A stretch of 64,000 bases of DNA, taken from positions 54,608 through 118,607 of IMG/VR virus record IMGVR_UViG_3300027779_003464; one strand, given 5' to 3'. Source of the stretch: a virus. The notes beneath the pieces were generated by a model. It worked only from the letters and a program-made list of their open reading frames with translations, searched no databases and was not told the DNA's origin. Both the position numbers and the translations under genes were made by a program. Positions 10,682-20,966 of this stretch are shown here, piece after piece. Position 1 is the first letter of the stretch, and each line of letters begins with the position of its first letter.

Positions 10682-12154
10682 ATGTCGTATTCTGATACTA
10701 TAAAAGGAGTATTACTCCCAAAGATTGCTACAAAGGAAATATCAGTAAGTGATACGGGTTCAGTAACTTCTGAAAATATCCAGTATAAACAACAGGGAGA
10801 TACTGGAGCCCCAGAAGATAAGCAGGGATCGGATGCACCTCTGGTATTTGTAAATAAGATTAGTATTACTCCTCAGTACTTATGTATTGATGAAACCGGA
10901 TATTTACCTAGAATTAAGTTAATATTTAAAGATCCAAGTGGAGCATTAACTGGTCCTAATTATCCTAAAAAAGATCCAATACTCAGTGTTTATATTAAAT
11001 CAGGTAATCCTAAACTTAAACCAATAGCATGTGATTGGCTGATAACTAATATTAAAACATCGCTGGACGAGGTTCTCGATGTAGATGACCCAGAAGGATT
11101 AACTATATTCACCGTAACAGGAGAATTGTTTATACCTAAAATATATGATAATAAATCAACCGCATATCCTAATCTTAGTTCAAAAGATGCACTAGAAAAA
11201 TTAGCAGGGGATTTAGATTTAGGTTACGCAATCAATAACGTTAGTACCGATGATTCTATGACTTGGATAAATACCAATAGAAATTCTCTTGATTTCATAA
11301 GGCATATATCTATGCATTCTTATTTAAACGAGGATTCCTTTTTCAATTCATTTATTGATAAGTATTACTATTTAAATTTTATTAACGTATCTGAACAGAT
11401 GAAGGGAGGTCATGATTTAAATTTAACCTATGATAATCAGGTTGATTCTAGTGAATTCTCTAAATCTTCAGCAATGAAGAATGCTGATTCTACAGATACT
11501 TCAGAACAACTTTCAGCAATGATGCTTACTAATAAACCAAGTAATAAGGGGAAACCTGATTTTATTATAAAGTATTCTTTACAGGGATCAAACGGAAGAG
11601 TTCTTAAAACTAAAGGATATAGAAAGAAAATATATTATTATGATCATACTCTAGATTCCGATGATAAGTTTACTAGTTTTTACATGAGCCCTCTTAGAAC
11701 AAGTGGAGACAATGACGATCTTGCTCTAATTCCAGAAAATGAATTTTTAAAAGATAGTATGATTAAGAAGTGGATGAATATTGACTATGGTAATAATCAT
11801 AGAGAATATAATGCAGCTGCTTTAATCAATAACCATAATATTAATGAATTAAATAAGATAAAGTTTAAAGTAGAAACAGCCGGTATTAATTTTCAAGTTG
11901 TTAGAGGAGCAGCCCTTCCGGTTGCAATATATCAACCTTCTCTTGCTGCACAGCAGAGAGAAGCAAAAACTGAAAAAATAATAGAAGAAGAAAAGAAGTT
12001 GACCGAGGGAGGTCTTGAAACGGATGATGTATTAAGTGGAAGATACTATGTAATGGGAACAAGATACATATATGATGAATTAAATGGAGCATTCCCATTT
12101 AAAACTGAATTTACACTAGGAAGAGTTGAATGGCTAGGAGAAAATAATATTTAA
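10682..12154 (+). CDS. baseplate hub protein (gp27/VgrG-like)
   Basis: Lies between gp53-like and gp5-like genes; C-term LSGRYYV...FKTEFTLGR typical of hub proteins. Confidence 0.55.
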   Translation: MSYSDTIKGVLLPKIATKEISVSDTGSVTSENIQYKQQGDTGAPEDKQGSDAPLVFVNKISITPQYLCIDETGYLPRIKLIFKDPSGALTGPNYPKKDPILSVYIKSGNPKLKPIACDWLITNIKTSLDEVLDVDDPEGLTIFTVTGELFIPKIYDNKSTAYPNLSSKDALEKLAGDLDLGYAINNVSTDDSMTWINTNRNSLDFIRHISMHSYLNEDSFFNSFIDKYYYLNFINVSEQMKGGHDLNLTYDNQVDSSEFSKSSAMKNADSTDTSEQLSAMMLTNKPSNKGKPDFIIKYSLQGSNGRVLKTKGYRKKIYYYDHTLDSDDKFTSFYMSPLRTSGDNDDLALIPENEFLKDSMIKKWMNIDYGNNHREYNAAALINNHNINELNKIKFKVETAGINFQVVRGAALPVAIYQPSLAAQQREAKTEKIIEEEKKLTEGGLETDDVLSGRYYVMGTRYIYDELNGAFPFKTEFTLGRVEWLGENNI

Positions 12155-12156
12155 AT

Positions 12157-13287
12157 ATGCATAATTTTACAGGATTAAATTTAAAACACGATAATTTTAG
12201 AAAAAGTACATTCATTGACCCGTTTGATGAGCCTACTTATCTTACCTTTGCTCTTGATTTTATGTTTGAACATACTCCTTCTTCTAGTAATGTTGACGAA
12301 ATAAACCTATGGAATAGCCCGTTATTTAATAAGGAGTCAGGGGCAATTGATTTTTTAGTTAATAGAGGATATAACCCGCAAGCCGATGGTCTTGTTACTT
12401 TTAGAGAAATATTAAGATACCTAACATTTCAAGCACCTTGGTATTTCCAATCAATTAGTGGGTTAGATAAATTATATGCAGCAGCAACTGATCTAGATAA
12501 GAAATCACTTAGATCAGGTGGAATAAGTTTAGGAATAGAAACATTAGAAGCAATAGATTTAAGAATAAACGAATTAGCTGGAATTTATCGTAATTCAGTA
12601 TACGATACTAAATATAGAAGAGAAAGAGTTCCTGATAATTTAAGATGGTTCTCAGTTGATGTATATATTGCAGAATTTAGAAATATGAGATATAGATTAC
12701 CTGGAGTGGCTCAAAATGCTGGAAATTTGTTAGGAATAAATACTGCCGCCATTGGTAATATTATGGGTGGAGGTAATATATTATCTAATGTATTAAAACA
12801 ATACGGATATGTTAAATTTAGATTAAGACAATGCGAGTTTGATTTCAGTGGAACTTTACCAATTGGCTCAACTGTAAAGGTTGGATCAGATGGAAGATCT
12901 ATGGAAAAGAATAATTTTAATATTAAAGTAGGGTGGGTTGAAGAAGAATCAAAATTTGGAGATGGCACTATCGTGTATGATGATCCTATGAAAACTGATA
13001 TAAGAAACCCATGGGGAACTAGAAATATTGGAACTTCAGTTCAAAATGCAGGATCTTGGCTAAGCGGCTTACCTGTAATTGGAGATTCTATATCTGGGTT
13101 TGGAGAAAAAATAGGAGATGCATTGGGAAGTGTTGGCGGGTTAATTAATCCAGCTTTAAATGCAGCAAGTAATTTTATAGATCCTCCAATAACTGAACTA
13201 GGGGATATATATCAAACTGGATACCGATCAAATGGAGATACTCCACCTACACCACCACCGGAGCCAAGTGGAAACCTGTATCCTTAA
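12157..13287 (+). CDS. putative tail tube / tube-initiator-like structural protein
   Basis: 376 aa in the baseplate operon; function inferred from context. Confidence 0.4.
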   Translation: MHNFTGLNLKHDNFRKSTFIDPFDEPTYLTFALDFMFEHTPSSSNVDEINLWNSPLFNKESGAIDFLVNRGYNPQADGLVTFREILRYLTFQAPWYFQSISGLDKLYAAATDLDKKSLRSGGISLGIETLEAIDLRINELAGIYRNSVYDTKYRRERVPDNLRWFSVDVYIAEFRNMRYRLPGVAQNAGNLLGINTAAIGNIMGGGNILSNVLKQYGYVKFRLRQCEFDFSGTLPIGSTVKVGSDGRSMEKNNFNIKVGWVEEESKFGDGTIVYDDPMKTDIRNPWGTRNIGTSVQNAGSWLSGLPVIGDSISGFGEKIGDALGSVGGLINPALNAASNFIDPPITELGDIYQTGYRSNGDTPPTPPPEPSGNLYP

Positions 13288-13308
13288 AAATAGTATAATT
13301 TTTATTAT

Positions 13309-14112
13309 ATGAGTATTGACAATCACGAAATAGAAAAAAGAAAAGAGGATTACGTTGACAAGAGTTACATGGGAATTGTCGAAGATCCTAATGATCCTAG
13401 AAAGGAAGGAAGATGTAAGGTAAAGATATTTGGAATTCACGATGATATTGAGACAGAAGATTTACCGTGGGCTTATCCTAAACAGAAGAGTGCGTTTTTT
13501 GGACAGGACGGTAAAGCAGGATCATTATCTATTCCTAAGAAAAATTCAATAGTTGCTGTTCAATTTAATAACGGTAACATATATTCTCCAGAATATTATT
13601 CTATACATGAGCTTGCCGATGATGCAAAGGAACAGTTAGAAAAAGATGGAGAATATCTAGGATCTCATATTATTTTATTTGACGGAGATGAGGAGTTAAA
13701 AATATGGTTCAGTGTAAATAAAGGATTGACTATTGAATTAAAGAAATCTAGAATAAACATTGGACAAGATAGTGCAATAACAATAGAGCACTCTGACTAT
13801 AATTCTTCACCCTCATCAATTGAATTAAGGGGAAGTGAAATCAATATAACAACAAAGAGTACTATTAACCTAACAGCCCCGAGTGAGATCGAGTTAGCTT
13901 CAAATGATATACATGTTAATGGAAATACTGTAAAGGTTGGACATAGTCCAATTCAAGGAAGTGCAGTATTAGGAGATCAATTATTTATATTATTAAAAGC
14001 AATGGCTTCTTTAATTGATGCAAAAGTTCCAACAAGTTTAGGAGCAGCAACTGCTCTAGTTGAGATGTATAAAACAATGGCTCTATCTGAAACGGTCAAG
14101 GTTTCTAAATAA
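13309..14112 (+). CDS. baseplate spike/hub gp5-like (N-terminal OB fold)
   Basis: YMGIVEDPNDPRKEGRCKVKIFGIH...LPWA signature followed by beta-helix-like repeats. Confidence 0.85.
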   Translation: MSIDNHEIEKRKEDYVDKSYMGIVEDPNDPRKEGRCKVKIFGIHDDIETEDLPWAYPKQKSAFFGQDGKAGSLSIPKKNSIVAVQFNNGNIYSPEYYSIHELADDAKEQLEKDGEYLGSHIILFDGDEELKIWFSVNKGLTIELKKSRINIGQDSAITIEHSDYNSSPSSIELRGSEINITTKSTINLTAPSEIELASNDIHVNGNTVKVGHSPIQGSAVLGDQLFILLKAMASLIDAKVPTSLGAATALVEMYKTMALSETVKVSK

Positions 14113-14482
14113 ATTTAATCAGTATAATATTTTATTAAAGGAAGATTGGAAAGATACTTCATGGGAAGATGATGATGGCAAAATAACCATAGAGGATGTA
14201 TTAGATTATATAGGAGATAATTTGGTTGATATTCCCATTAGTTATTTGAAAAAGGTATTGAAAACACAATTAGATAAAGTTACAAAGGAAGACGATAGGA
14301 TAATGCGAGCTGATTTACAATATCCCATTATAGTAGTTAAAAAAGATGGGTACATTTCTTACGTGTTAGACGGAAACCATAGACTACAAAAAGCAATAAT
14401 TATAGGGGTAAAATATATTAAAGCTAAGGTATTGGATATGAACAATCCAGATACTCCAGAAGAATTTAAAAGGTTATTATAA
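14060..14482 (+). CDS. ParB/Srx-like nuclease domain protein (start uncertain)
   Basis: ADLQYPIIV...VLDGNHRLQKA. Confidence 0.7.
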   Translation: MRCIKQWLYLKRSRFLNKFNQYNILLKEDWKDTSWEDDDGKITIEDVLDYIGDNLVDIPISYLKKVLKTQLDKVTKEDDRIMRADLQYPIIVVKKDGYISYVLDGNHRLQKAIIIGVKYIKAKVLDMNNPDTPEEFKRLL

Positions 14483-14504
14483 AGCCATATCTAAGGGTTG
14501 ATAG

Positions 14505-14705
14505 CTAGTCTCCCACATATGCCTTAACCTTTTCTCTTTTACTAGAAATAAGGTGATCTAACTCAGATTTATCTAAAAGACTTTCAAATCTATTATAAAA
14601 AAGTTCGACATATTTTTCTGCACCAGATAGTTGCTCTAGGGTTTCGCAGCTCTCTATTACTTTTTCTGCTTTAACTTTTGCGTTTATTAGTTCTAGAATT
14701 TCCAT
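14505..14705 (-). CDS. hypothetical protein
   Basis: 66 aa ORF overlapping the end of phoH. Confidence 0.5.
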   Translation of the reverse strand: MEILELINAKVKAEKVIESCETLEQLSGAEKYVELFYNRFESLLDKSELDHLISSKREKVKAYVGD

Positions 14706-15477
14706 TTCTTTTTCCGTTTAATTGTTCTTGCTCTTCTATATCGTCAAAAACCTTGATTATTTTTTTAATTATTGGATGACGCTGTACATCATCTCCACTT
14801 AATTCAACTATACCAATTTCTGGTATATTATTAAAATGCTCTAATAATATTTCTAATGCACTTTTTTGATTTTTATTTACAGATTTTTGAGAAACATCTC
14901 CTAAAAATATCATTTTAGAGCTTGGCCCAATTCTAGTTATCAACGTTCTTAAATTATCTTTAGATATTTGTTGAGCTTCGTCTACAATAACAATTGAATC
15001 ATCTAAAGTTACACCTAGAGCGAACTTTATTGGGAGAATATCGATTGCACCACTCGCCCTCAACTCCTGTGTTGCTGCTTTTCCTATAACCTTTTGAAAG
15101 TTATGTATAAATGGATATATATAAAGCTCCATCTTCTCTTCCATAGTTCCCTTTAAATATCCAATCTCTTCGTCTTTAGGAACATTTACTGACTTAACTA
15201 ATACTATTCGCTTATATGTTCTAGGTTTTTCCTTTAGTAGTTTTAGGGCCTGTGCACAAGATAAAAAAGTTTTACCGGTTCCAGGAGGCCCTATTACGAT
15301 AGTTATATCTTTATCCTTTATGGACTTTATTACTTCTTTTTGTGTTACTGATCTGCATTTAATGCTAACTTTGTTTTCTTTTAATGTTTTATTCATAATT
15401 TGATTTTTTCTATCCTGTTCCCATCCTTCGATCTCCTCGCGTAGCTCTTCATCGGTTAAGCGGTGTTTATTTTTCAT
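14671..15477 (-). CDS. phoH: PhoH family ATPase
   Basis: GPPGTGKT, IGYLKGTMEEK, IVDEAQ, LITRIG, GDVSQ and VQRH motifs. Confidence 0.93.
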   Translation of the reverse strand: MKNKHRLTDEELREEIEGWEQDRKNQIMNKTLKENKVSIKCRSVTQKEVIKSIKDKDITIVIGPPGTGKTFLSCAQALKLLKEKPRTYKRIVLVKSVNVPKDEEIGYLKGTMEEKMELYIYPFIHNFQKVIGKAATQELRASGAIDILPIKFALGVTLDDSIVIVDEAQQISKDNLRTLITRIGPSSKMIFLGDVSQKSVNKNQKSALEILLEHFNNIPEIGIVELSGDDVQRHPIIKKIIKVFDDIEEQEQLNGKRNGNSRTNKRKS

Positions 15478-15513
15478 ATTATAGTTAATATTTTTTTAAA
15501 AAGTCATATATAA

Positions 15514-16125
15514 TTAGTATATTTTTATAGAAATGACAATACCTAATAATATTTTTAGGTGATGTAAGTGTAAATCATAAAAAGACGTAATGATAGATTC
15601 TTCAGTTTTACCATATTTATGTTCAGCTGCCTTTATTTTTTTTAGTTTAATATCTTTAATCGATTCGCGGCTAAATGAATGCTCGTTATGCTCAAGTAAA
15701 TCATCTAATAATTTATTAAATGATGATCCGGCAACTAAGCTTTTTCCTATTTTTTTAATAAAGCGTTCACCAATCTTTATGGATTTTAATTTAATATGTA
15801 AATCACTAGAATCTAATCCGTTATCTAATGATTTTCTTACGTCATCAAATTTTAGAATGTCTACTGAATTATTAACTATAAAATTAATATCGTATGTATA
15901 AAATGAAAGGGTTATTCTATTATCTTTTCCGGTGTGCAGAAAGTTTACAAAGTCAGGAGCAGCAATTCCGCCTCCACCTGCACTCAAGACAATTGGGTCT
16001 ATTCCTAAATCGTCTAAGTAATCGGCTCCCTGTTCTAATGTAATAGTATAATCATCAAAAGGGAAGGACAATAGGAATGGAAATATATCGAATATGCTTG
16101 TATCTTTTTTATAAGCCTTTTCCAT
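15514..16125 (-). CDS. hypothetical protein
   Basis: 203 aa ORF. Confidence 0.6.
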   Translation of the reverse strand: MEKAYKKDTSIFDIFPFLLSFPFDDYTITLEQGADYLDDLGIDPIVLSAGGGGIAAPDFVNFLHTGKDNRITLSFYTYDINFIVNNSVDILKFDDVRKSLDNGLDSSDLHIKLKSIKIGERFIKKIGKSLVAGSSFNKLLDDLLEHNEHSFSRESIKDIKLKKIKAAEHKYGKTEESIITSFYDLHLHHLKILLGIVISIKIY

Positions 16126-16191
16126 TTTTCCGCGTATTTAAAACCTCCTTTTAATTATTTATATAAGATACGTACAAACAATAAGTAATAT

Positions 16192-17601
16192 ATGGACTTA
16201 AGTAAAGAAAAAAACATAAAAAAATTAGGACTTCAACAAGGGGCAATAAAAATTCTTATTAACTCAATATATGGAGCATTTGGAAATAAGTGGTTTTATT
16301 TCTATGATCCAGATATTGCACAGTCAATTACTCTTCAGGGACAAGATATGATTAAATTTGCAAATCAAGCAATTGACTTCTATTTTAAGAATAGGTGGCA
16401 TATTGATTCTGAATTACATGAAAAATTAGGAATATCTGACAAAACAATAATTCCAATAGAAAAAGATGAAAATATTGCTGTATATACAGATACAGATTCT
16501 ACATATGTAAACTTTGGCCCGGCAATAAGATCAATTCAAGGATTAGATTTAACCGAAGACGAGAGCGTAAAGCTAGTTATTGCAATCGATGATAATAGAA
16601 TTAGTGAATTCTATGATAAGGCATTCATAAAATGGTCAGAACGATTTAATACAACAAATAGACAAACATTTAAGCTAGAGAATATATCAACCGAAGGAAT
16701 ATGGATTAAGAAAAAAAATTATAGCTTACGTGTAGTTTACGAACCTAACCCAAAACAAGAATTATTTCAGTTAAAAGAGCGGTATCTTCTCATTAAAGGA
16801 TTAGAGCCGATTAAATCATCTTATCCAATTTGGGCAAGAGAACATCAAAAGAAATTTCTAGATTACATTATGAAAAATGGTAAAGAGTTTGACTTAGAGG
16901 AAGATCTTATTCCAATGATAAAGAAAGTTAATGATGAATTCAATACCTTAGATCCGGATGATATAGCTATGAATTTTAATATACGCCAATATGATAAGTA
17001 TGTGGAAAGCGAAGAAGACTGTTTATTTAAAAAAGGAGCAACTACTTACCCAAAAGCGGTAATCCATCATAATCACCTAGTTATTAAAAATCAATTAGAA
17101 GGAAAATATCCTAAACTTAGACAAGGTAACAAAATTAAATTTTTATACTGTGAACCCGGTCCTCAAGAAATAGATGTATTTGCATATAATCCTGGCAACT
17201 ATCCTGAGGAATTTGCGCCAGATATTGATACTAGGCAGCAGTTCTTCATATTAATAGTTGAGCCAATTAATAGAATTTTAGGAGCAATTGGACTAAATAA
17301 ATTAGATGAAAATCTAAAGAGAGCAGTTGAGTTTAAAACAACTAAAAGTAAAAAACCTCTTACTGATGCACAAAAATATCCGTTTCATGTAATTAATAGC
17401 GAAACTTTGGAACACGAAGAAGTAGATGAAAAATTCTGGAGCTTAATTGAAAATAAAGATTCAGACATACCGGAAGACATGTTTGATGAATATCTTCAAA
17501 CTATAACAAGATATGGATTAAATACAGTTATTCTAATAAACAAGAATTTAACTCCTTATAAAAAAAGAATATCTAAAAAGCTAGAACTTGATGTTTCATA
17601 A
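16192..17601 (+). CDS. family B DNA polymerase, C-terminal subunit (split gp43-like)
   Basis: Starts at motif B QGAIKILINSIYGAFG; has YTDTDS (motif C), KKKNY and IKGLE; no exonuclease domain or motif A. Confidence 0.9.
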   Translation: MDLSKEKNIKKLGLQQGAIKILINSIYGAFGNKWFYFYDPDIAQSITLQGQDMIKFANQAIDFYFKNRWHIDSELHEKLGISDKTIIPIEKDENIAVYTDTDSTYVNFGPAIRSIQGLDLTEDESVKLVIAIDDNRISEFYDKAFIKWSERFNTTNRQTFKLENISTEGIWIKKKNYSLRVVYEPNPKQELFQLKERYLLIKGLEPIKSSYPIWAREHQKKFLDYIMKNGKEFDLEEDLIPMIKKVNDEFNTLDPDDIAMNFNIRQYDKYVESEEDCLFKKGATTYPKAVIHHNHLVIKNQLEGKYPKLRQGNKIKFLYCEPGPQEIDVFAYNPGNYPEEFAPDIDTRQQFFILIVEPINRILGAIGLNKLDENLKRAVEFKTTKSKKPLTDAQKYPFHVINSETLEHEEVDEKFWSLIENKDSDIPEDMFDEYLQTITRYGLNTVILINKNLTPYKKRISKKLELDVS

Positions 17602-18724
17602 AGAAAATTATAAAATACAAGATTTTGTAGAAGATTTATTAAAGCAAAGGTTTCCTCGGATTACATTGAAGCAGTCAATAAATGATGAAGATCCTACTAA
17701 ATTAAATTTTGCATGCCCATACTGTGGGGATTCGGAAAAAGATAGCTCTAAGAAAAGAGGGAATCTATACTTAAATACTAATTCGTATAAATGCTTTAAT
17801 GATGGATGTTTAACGTGGGTTCCGCTCCATAAGTTTGTTTCTAAATTCTCGCTAGAATATTCTTTATATATTCCTAATATAGATATGACTTCTAAAATTC
17901 CGTCTATTGACTTAGGCAATAATAGAGGATCTATAATAGAGGCAATAGTTAATCCTAAAGTAAGAAATAGCTTGCTTGATTTTGCGTATGTGTCTGATAG
18001 GTTTTCCTTAATACCATGTAAAGATGCGAATCCTAATAGCAAAATAGGAGAGTATGTAAATAGCAGAAACCTTACTGGCCTTCCAGCGTTTGATAAGTCC
18101 TGTTATTATGACAGTAGAGAAAATAAAATATACATATTTAACCTTGATCTTATATCCGGTAAAGTTCTAGGATTAGCCATAAGAAAAATAGACGAGGACG
18201 CGTATGGACCGAAATATAATATAAAAAATTATACCGACCTTAAAAAAAATAATATAGTATCTGAAATAGATGAAGATATTTTAAATAAAATAAATGCGAT
18301 TAATAACTATTTTAATATTCTAAATATTAATTTTAATGCTCCAGTAATAGTAACTGAAGGACAAATAGATTCTATGTTTTTAGATAACTCTATTGCTACA
18401 ACCGGGGTATCTAAAAGTAAAACAATATTAGGGGCAGTTATTTCTAAAAAGAATGCTAGAATATTATTTGACAACGATAAAGCAGGTAAGCAAGAGTCTT
18501 TGAAATTTATAAATCAAGGATATAGAGTATTCATGTGGTCTAAGCTAATATCTGAGCTGAAAATTAAATATCCTAATAATATTAAAGATATAAACAATAT
18601 AAAGGATGTAAACGATTTATATTCTTTTTATAAAAAGATAAATTATGATATTAGATTTTTAGAGTTCAATGAAATGATATCTAATAATTTTACTGAATCA
18701 ATGTACGATTTACTACACATATAG
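17588..18724 (+). CDS. DNA primase (T4 gp61-like)
   Basis: NFACPYCGDS...KKRG...YKCFNDGC Zn finger; TEGQIDSMF and FDNDKAG TOPRIM motifs. Confidence 0.92.
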   Translation: MMFHKENYKIQDFVEDLLKQRFPRITLKQSINDEDPTKLNFACPYCGDSEKDSSKKRGNLYLNTNSYKCFNDGCLTWVPLHKFVSKFSLEYSLYIPNIDMTSKIPSIDLGNNRGSIIEAIVNPKVRNSLLDFAYVSDRFSLIPCKDANPNSKIGEYVNSRNLTGLPAFDKSCYYDSRENKIYIFNLDLISGKVLGLAIRKIDEDAYGPKYNIKNYTDLKKNNIVSEIDEDILNKINAINNYFNILNINFNAPVIVTEGQIDSMFLDNSIATTGVSKSKTILGAVISKKNARILFDNDKAGKQESLKFINQGYRVFMWSKLISELKIKYPNNIKDINNIKDVNDLYSFYKKINYDIRFLEFNEMISNNFTESMYDLLHI

Positions 18725-18753
18725 TCAAATAAATAATAAAAAATTCTAATACT

Positions 18754-19167
18754 ATGAATAACGGAAGAATTATAACAAACTTTAGTAATTTTACTAATGA
18801 GGCCGATGGGTCTAACGTAGAAGTAGACACTAAAATCTTAGATGTTCTAATTGAACTAGTAGGATCAGAAAAAGATGTAGAGATATGTGCCAAATCCGCA
18901 TTTAAAGATCTTAGAGAATCCTTTGAAAAAAATGAAGTAGAAGTAGATGGCAAAGAGCCTGCTGATAAATTAGCAATGGCCTCTTTAATTGTTAAACTTG
19001 TTGAGAGTGGAAAGTTAGGACCTGAAGATGCCGATACTTTTATAGAAGAGCACTTGGCAGGATCTGAAGAAGAAGCAGGAGATGAGGAAGAAGAAGCAGG
19101 AGATGAGGAAGAAGAAGCAGAAGAAGCAGGAGATGAGGAAGAAGAAGAAGCATCTAATAAATCTTAA
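18754..19167 (+). CDS. acidic hypothetical, putative internal head protein
   Basis: IITNFSNFTNE N-term motif; EEEAGDE repeats. Confidence 0.6.
   Translation: MNNGRIITNFSNFTNEADGSNVEVDTKILDVLIELVGSEKDVEICAKSAFKDLRESFEKNEVEVDGKEPADKLAMASLIVKLVESGKLGPEDADTFIEEHLAGSEEEAGDEEEEAGDEEEEAEEAGDEEEEEASNKS
19066..19150 (+). repeat. coding tandem repeat (GAAGAAGAAGCAGGAGATGAG units)
   Basis: About three 21-bp units encoding EEEAGDE. Confidence 0.8.
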
Positions 19168-19187
19168 AAATAAAATACTTAATAAAA

Positions 19188-19469
19188 ATGGTAGAAGTTT
19201 TAACCTTTGAAAAATTTAATGAGAGTCATCAAGACACGAACTTCGATGAATTTATGGATAGTTTAAATGTTGATAGTAAAGAGTCTAGTTTATTAGAAAT
19301 TCCATCTGGTGTTGATTCTAATTCAGATACAAGAAGACAGCTTGAGGTTGATTTATCTAAAATACAAAAGAAATATGAATCCTCATTTCAACCAGATTCA
19401 TATGCTTCAATTGACGAAATGTATTCGGCTCTAGACCGAATGTATGAAAAAGTGGAGATAAGGAGATAA
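19188..19469 (+). CDS. hypothetical, putative internal head protein
   Basis: VLTFEKFNES N-term motif. Confidence 0.55.
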   Translation: MVEVLTFEKFNESHQDTNFDEFMDSLNVDSKESSLLEIPSGVDSNSDTRRQLEVDLSKIQKKYESSFQPDSYASIDEMYSALDRMYEKVEIRR

Positions 19470-19538
19470 AAATAAATTTTATCTCGTAAAACCTTTTTCA
19501 ATTTAATTATATAAAAGACATATTAATACTAACTAATT

Positions 19539-19751
19539 ATGAAAAGACTCACTGTTCATTTAAGCAGCGTAAGAAAGAAATCAGAAGAAGTAGTTGTGGA
19601 TGGCCAAAAGAAAATTAAGAGTAAGATATACAATACTCTATCATTCAGTGTTAAGGGCGAAGAGGATGCAAATCTAATAGTATCAAACATCAATGACCAT
19701 CAACAGCCAAGGAATAATGTAAAGTCTTGGCATATATCTAATATTAGATAA
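19539..19751 (+). CDS. hypothetical protein
   Basis: 70 aa, preceded by AAACC-N16-TATAA. Confidence 0.55.
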   Translation: MKRLTVHLSSVRKKSEEVVVDGQKKIKSKIYNTLSFSVKGEEDANLIVSNINDHQQPRNNVKSWHISNIR

Positions 19752-19790
19752 TACATGTGTTATAATTTCTGTTCGAATAAATAATAATAT

Positions 19791-20294
19791 ATGGCGGACA
19801 AGAAAAAAAATATAAAAGACTTTCTTAAACCTAGAAAGGGAAGAATTAGACAGGGATATTTTAAACCTAAAAATCCTCAAAAATATAAAGGGGATCCAAC
19901 TAATGTAATATATAGATCAGGCTGGGAATTCAAATTCTTCAAATACTGTGATGAAAACGATATGGTTTTAGAATATGCTGCTGAGCCAGTTGGGATTCCA
20001 TATTGGAACTCAGTTAATAAAAAACAATCTACATATTGGATAGATTGTTATATGAAAACAATAGATAAATCAGGAAATACGAAGGAGTGGCTAGTTGAAA
20101 TTAAACCTAATAAGTATATACATCCACCTGAAGCTCCAAATAGGTTAACTGAGAAGCAAACTTATAGTTATGTTAGACATGCTAAAACATATATAATTAA
20201 CACCGAAAAGTTTAAAGCGGCTAAGGCATATGCTAAAGCACATAACATGAAGTTTGGTATAATAACTGAGAACTTTTTGTTCGGAAAGATGTAA
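19791..20294 (+). CDS. head completion nuclease (T4 gp4-like, TnsA-type fold)
   Basis: QGYFKPKNPQKYKGD...YRSGWE...IPY...LVEIKP...K.KAA...F.IITE. Confidence 0.9.
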   Translation: MADKKKNIKDFLKPRKGRIRQGYFKPKNPQKYKGDPTNVIYRSGWEFKFFKYCDENDMVLEYAAEPVGIPYWNSVNKKQSTYWIDCYMKTIDKSGNTKEWLVEIKPNKYIHPPEAPNRLTEKQTYSYVRHAKTYIINTEKFKAAKAYAKAHNMKFGIITENFLFGKM

Positions 20295-20304
20295 AATACA
20301 GTAT

Positions 20305-20952
20305 ATGATAAAGTTAGACGAAATATTAACTAATAATAGAGAAAGAAATTATTCTCAAATATTTGAAGAACACGGAGAAAAGGTAGTAAGGAATGAATTA
20401 TTACCAGGATACTATTATAGTATAGGTATACGATATGAGAACTTTAATGAGGATAGAATACCATCTTCTCTAGAGCAGTGGAAGGATAATCCAAGTTTTT
20501 ACTTAACGACAGAAAAGCACTTAGATTTTAATCCAACAGGATTAGTGTTCAACCATGATGATTGGAAAAACAGTGTATTAATGCTCAACTTAAAAATTAT
20601 TCCGCCTAAATATAGAGCTAAGCTTATAATAACTCATTTAAACCTAATAGAAAGTGACTTAGATAGAATAGATGCATTTTCAAAGGATGACAAGTTATCT
20701 TTTGTTGAAAGATCAAAGATTAATCTTTCAATGTATAAGATAACTCCAAAAATATTAGAACACCAAACAGGTATAAAGATAGGATACGCAATGAATAGAT
20801 ATAAAATAAACAAGATAAATAATGTTAGAGTACTGGACTGGAATAACATAGGAGAACTTCCCCTTGCTAATATAGAAACAAACGGTTTCAAATTCGCATC
20901 AGGAGCTTATGATATATCTACAGTTTTTAATACTTTTGAAGCAAAACAATAA
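20305..20952 (+). CDS. DNA end protector-like protein (T4 gp2-like)
   Basis: LNLKIIPPKYRAKL resembles gp2 LNLHYLPP.R; adjacent to the gp4-like gene. Confidence 0.55.
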   Translation: MIKLDEILTNNRERNYSQIFEEHGEKVVRNELLPGYYYSIGIRYENFNEDRIPSSLEQWKDNPSFYLTTEKHLDFNPTGLVFNHDDWKNSVLMLNLKIIPPKYRAKLIITHLNLIESDLDRIDAFSKDDKLSFVERSKINLSMYKITPKILEHQTGIKIGYAMNRYKINKINNVRVLDWNNIGELPLANIETNGFKFASGAYDISTVFNTFEAKQ

Positions 20953-20966
20953 AAAATTAAAATAAA

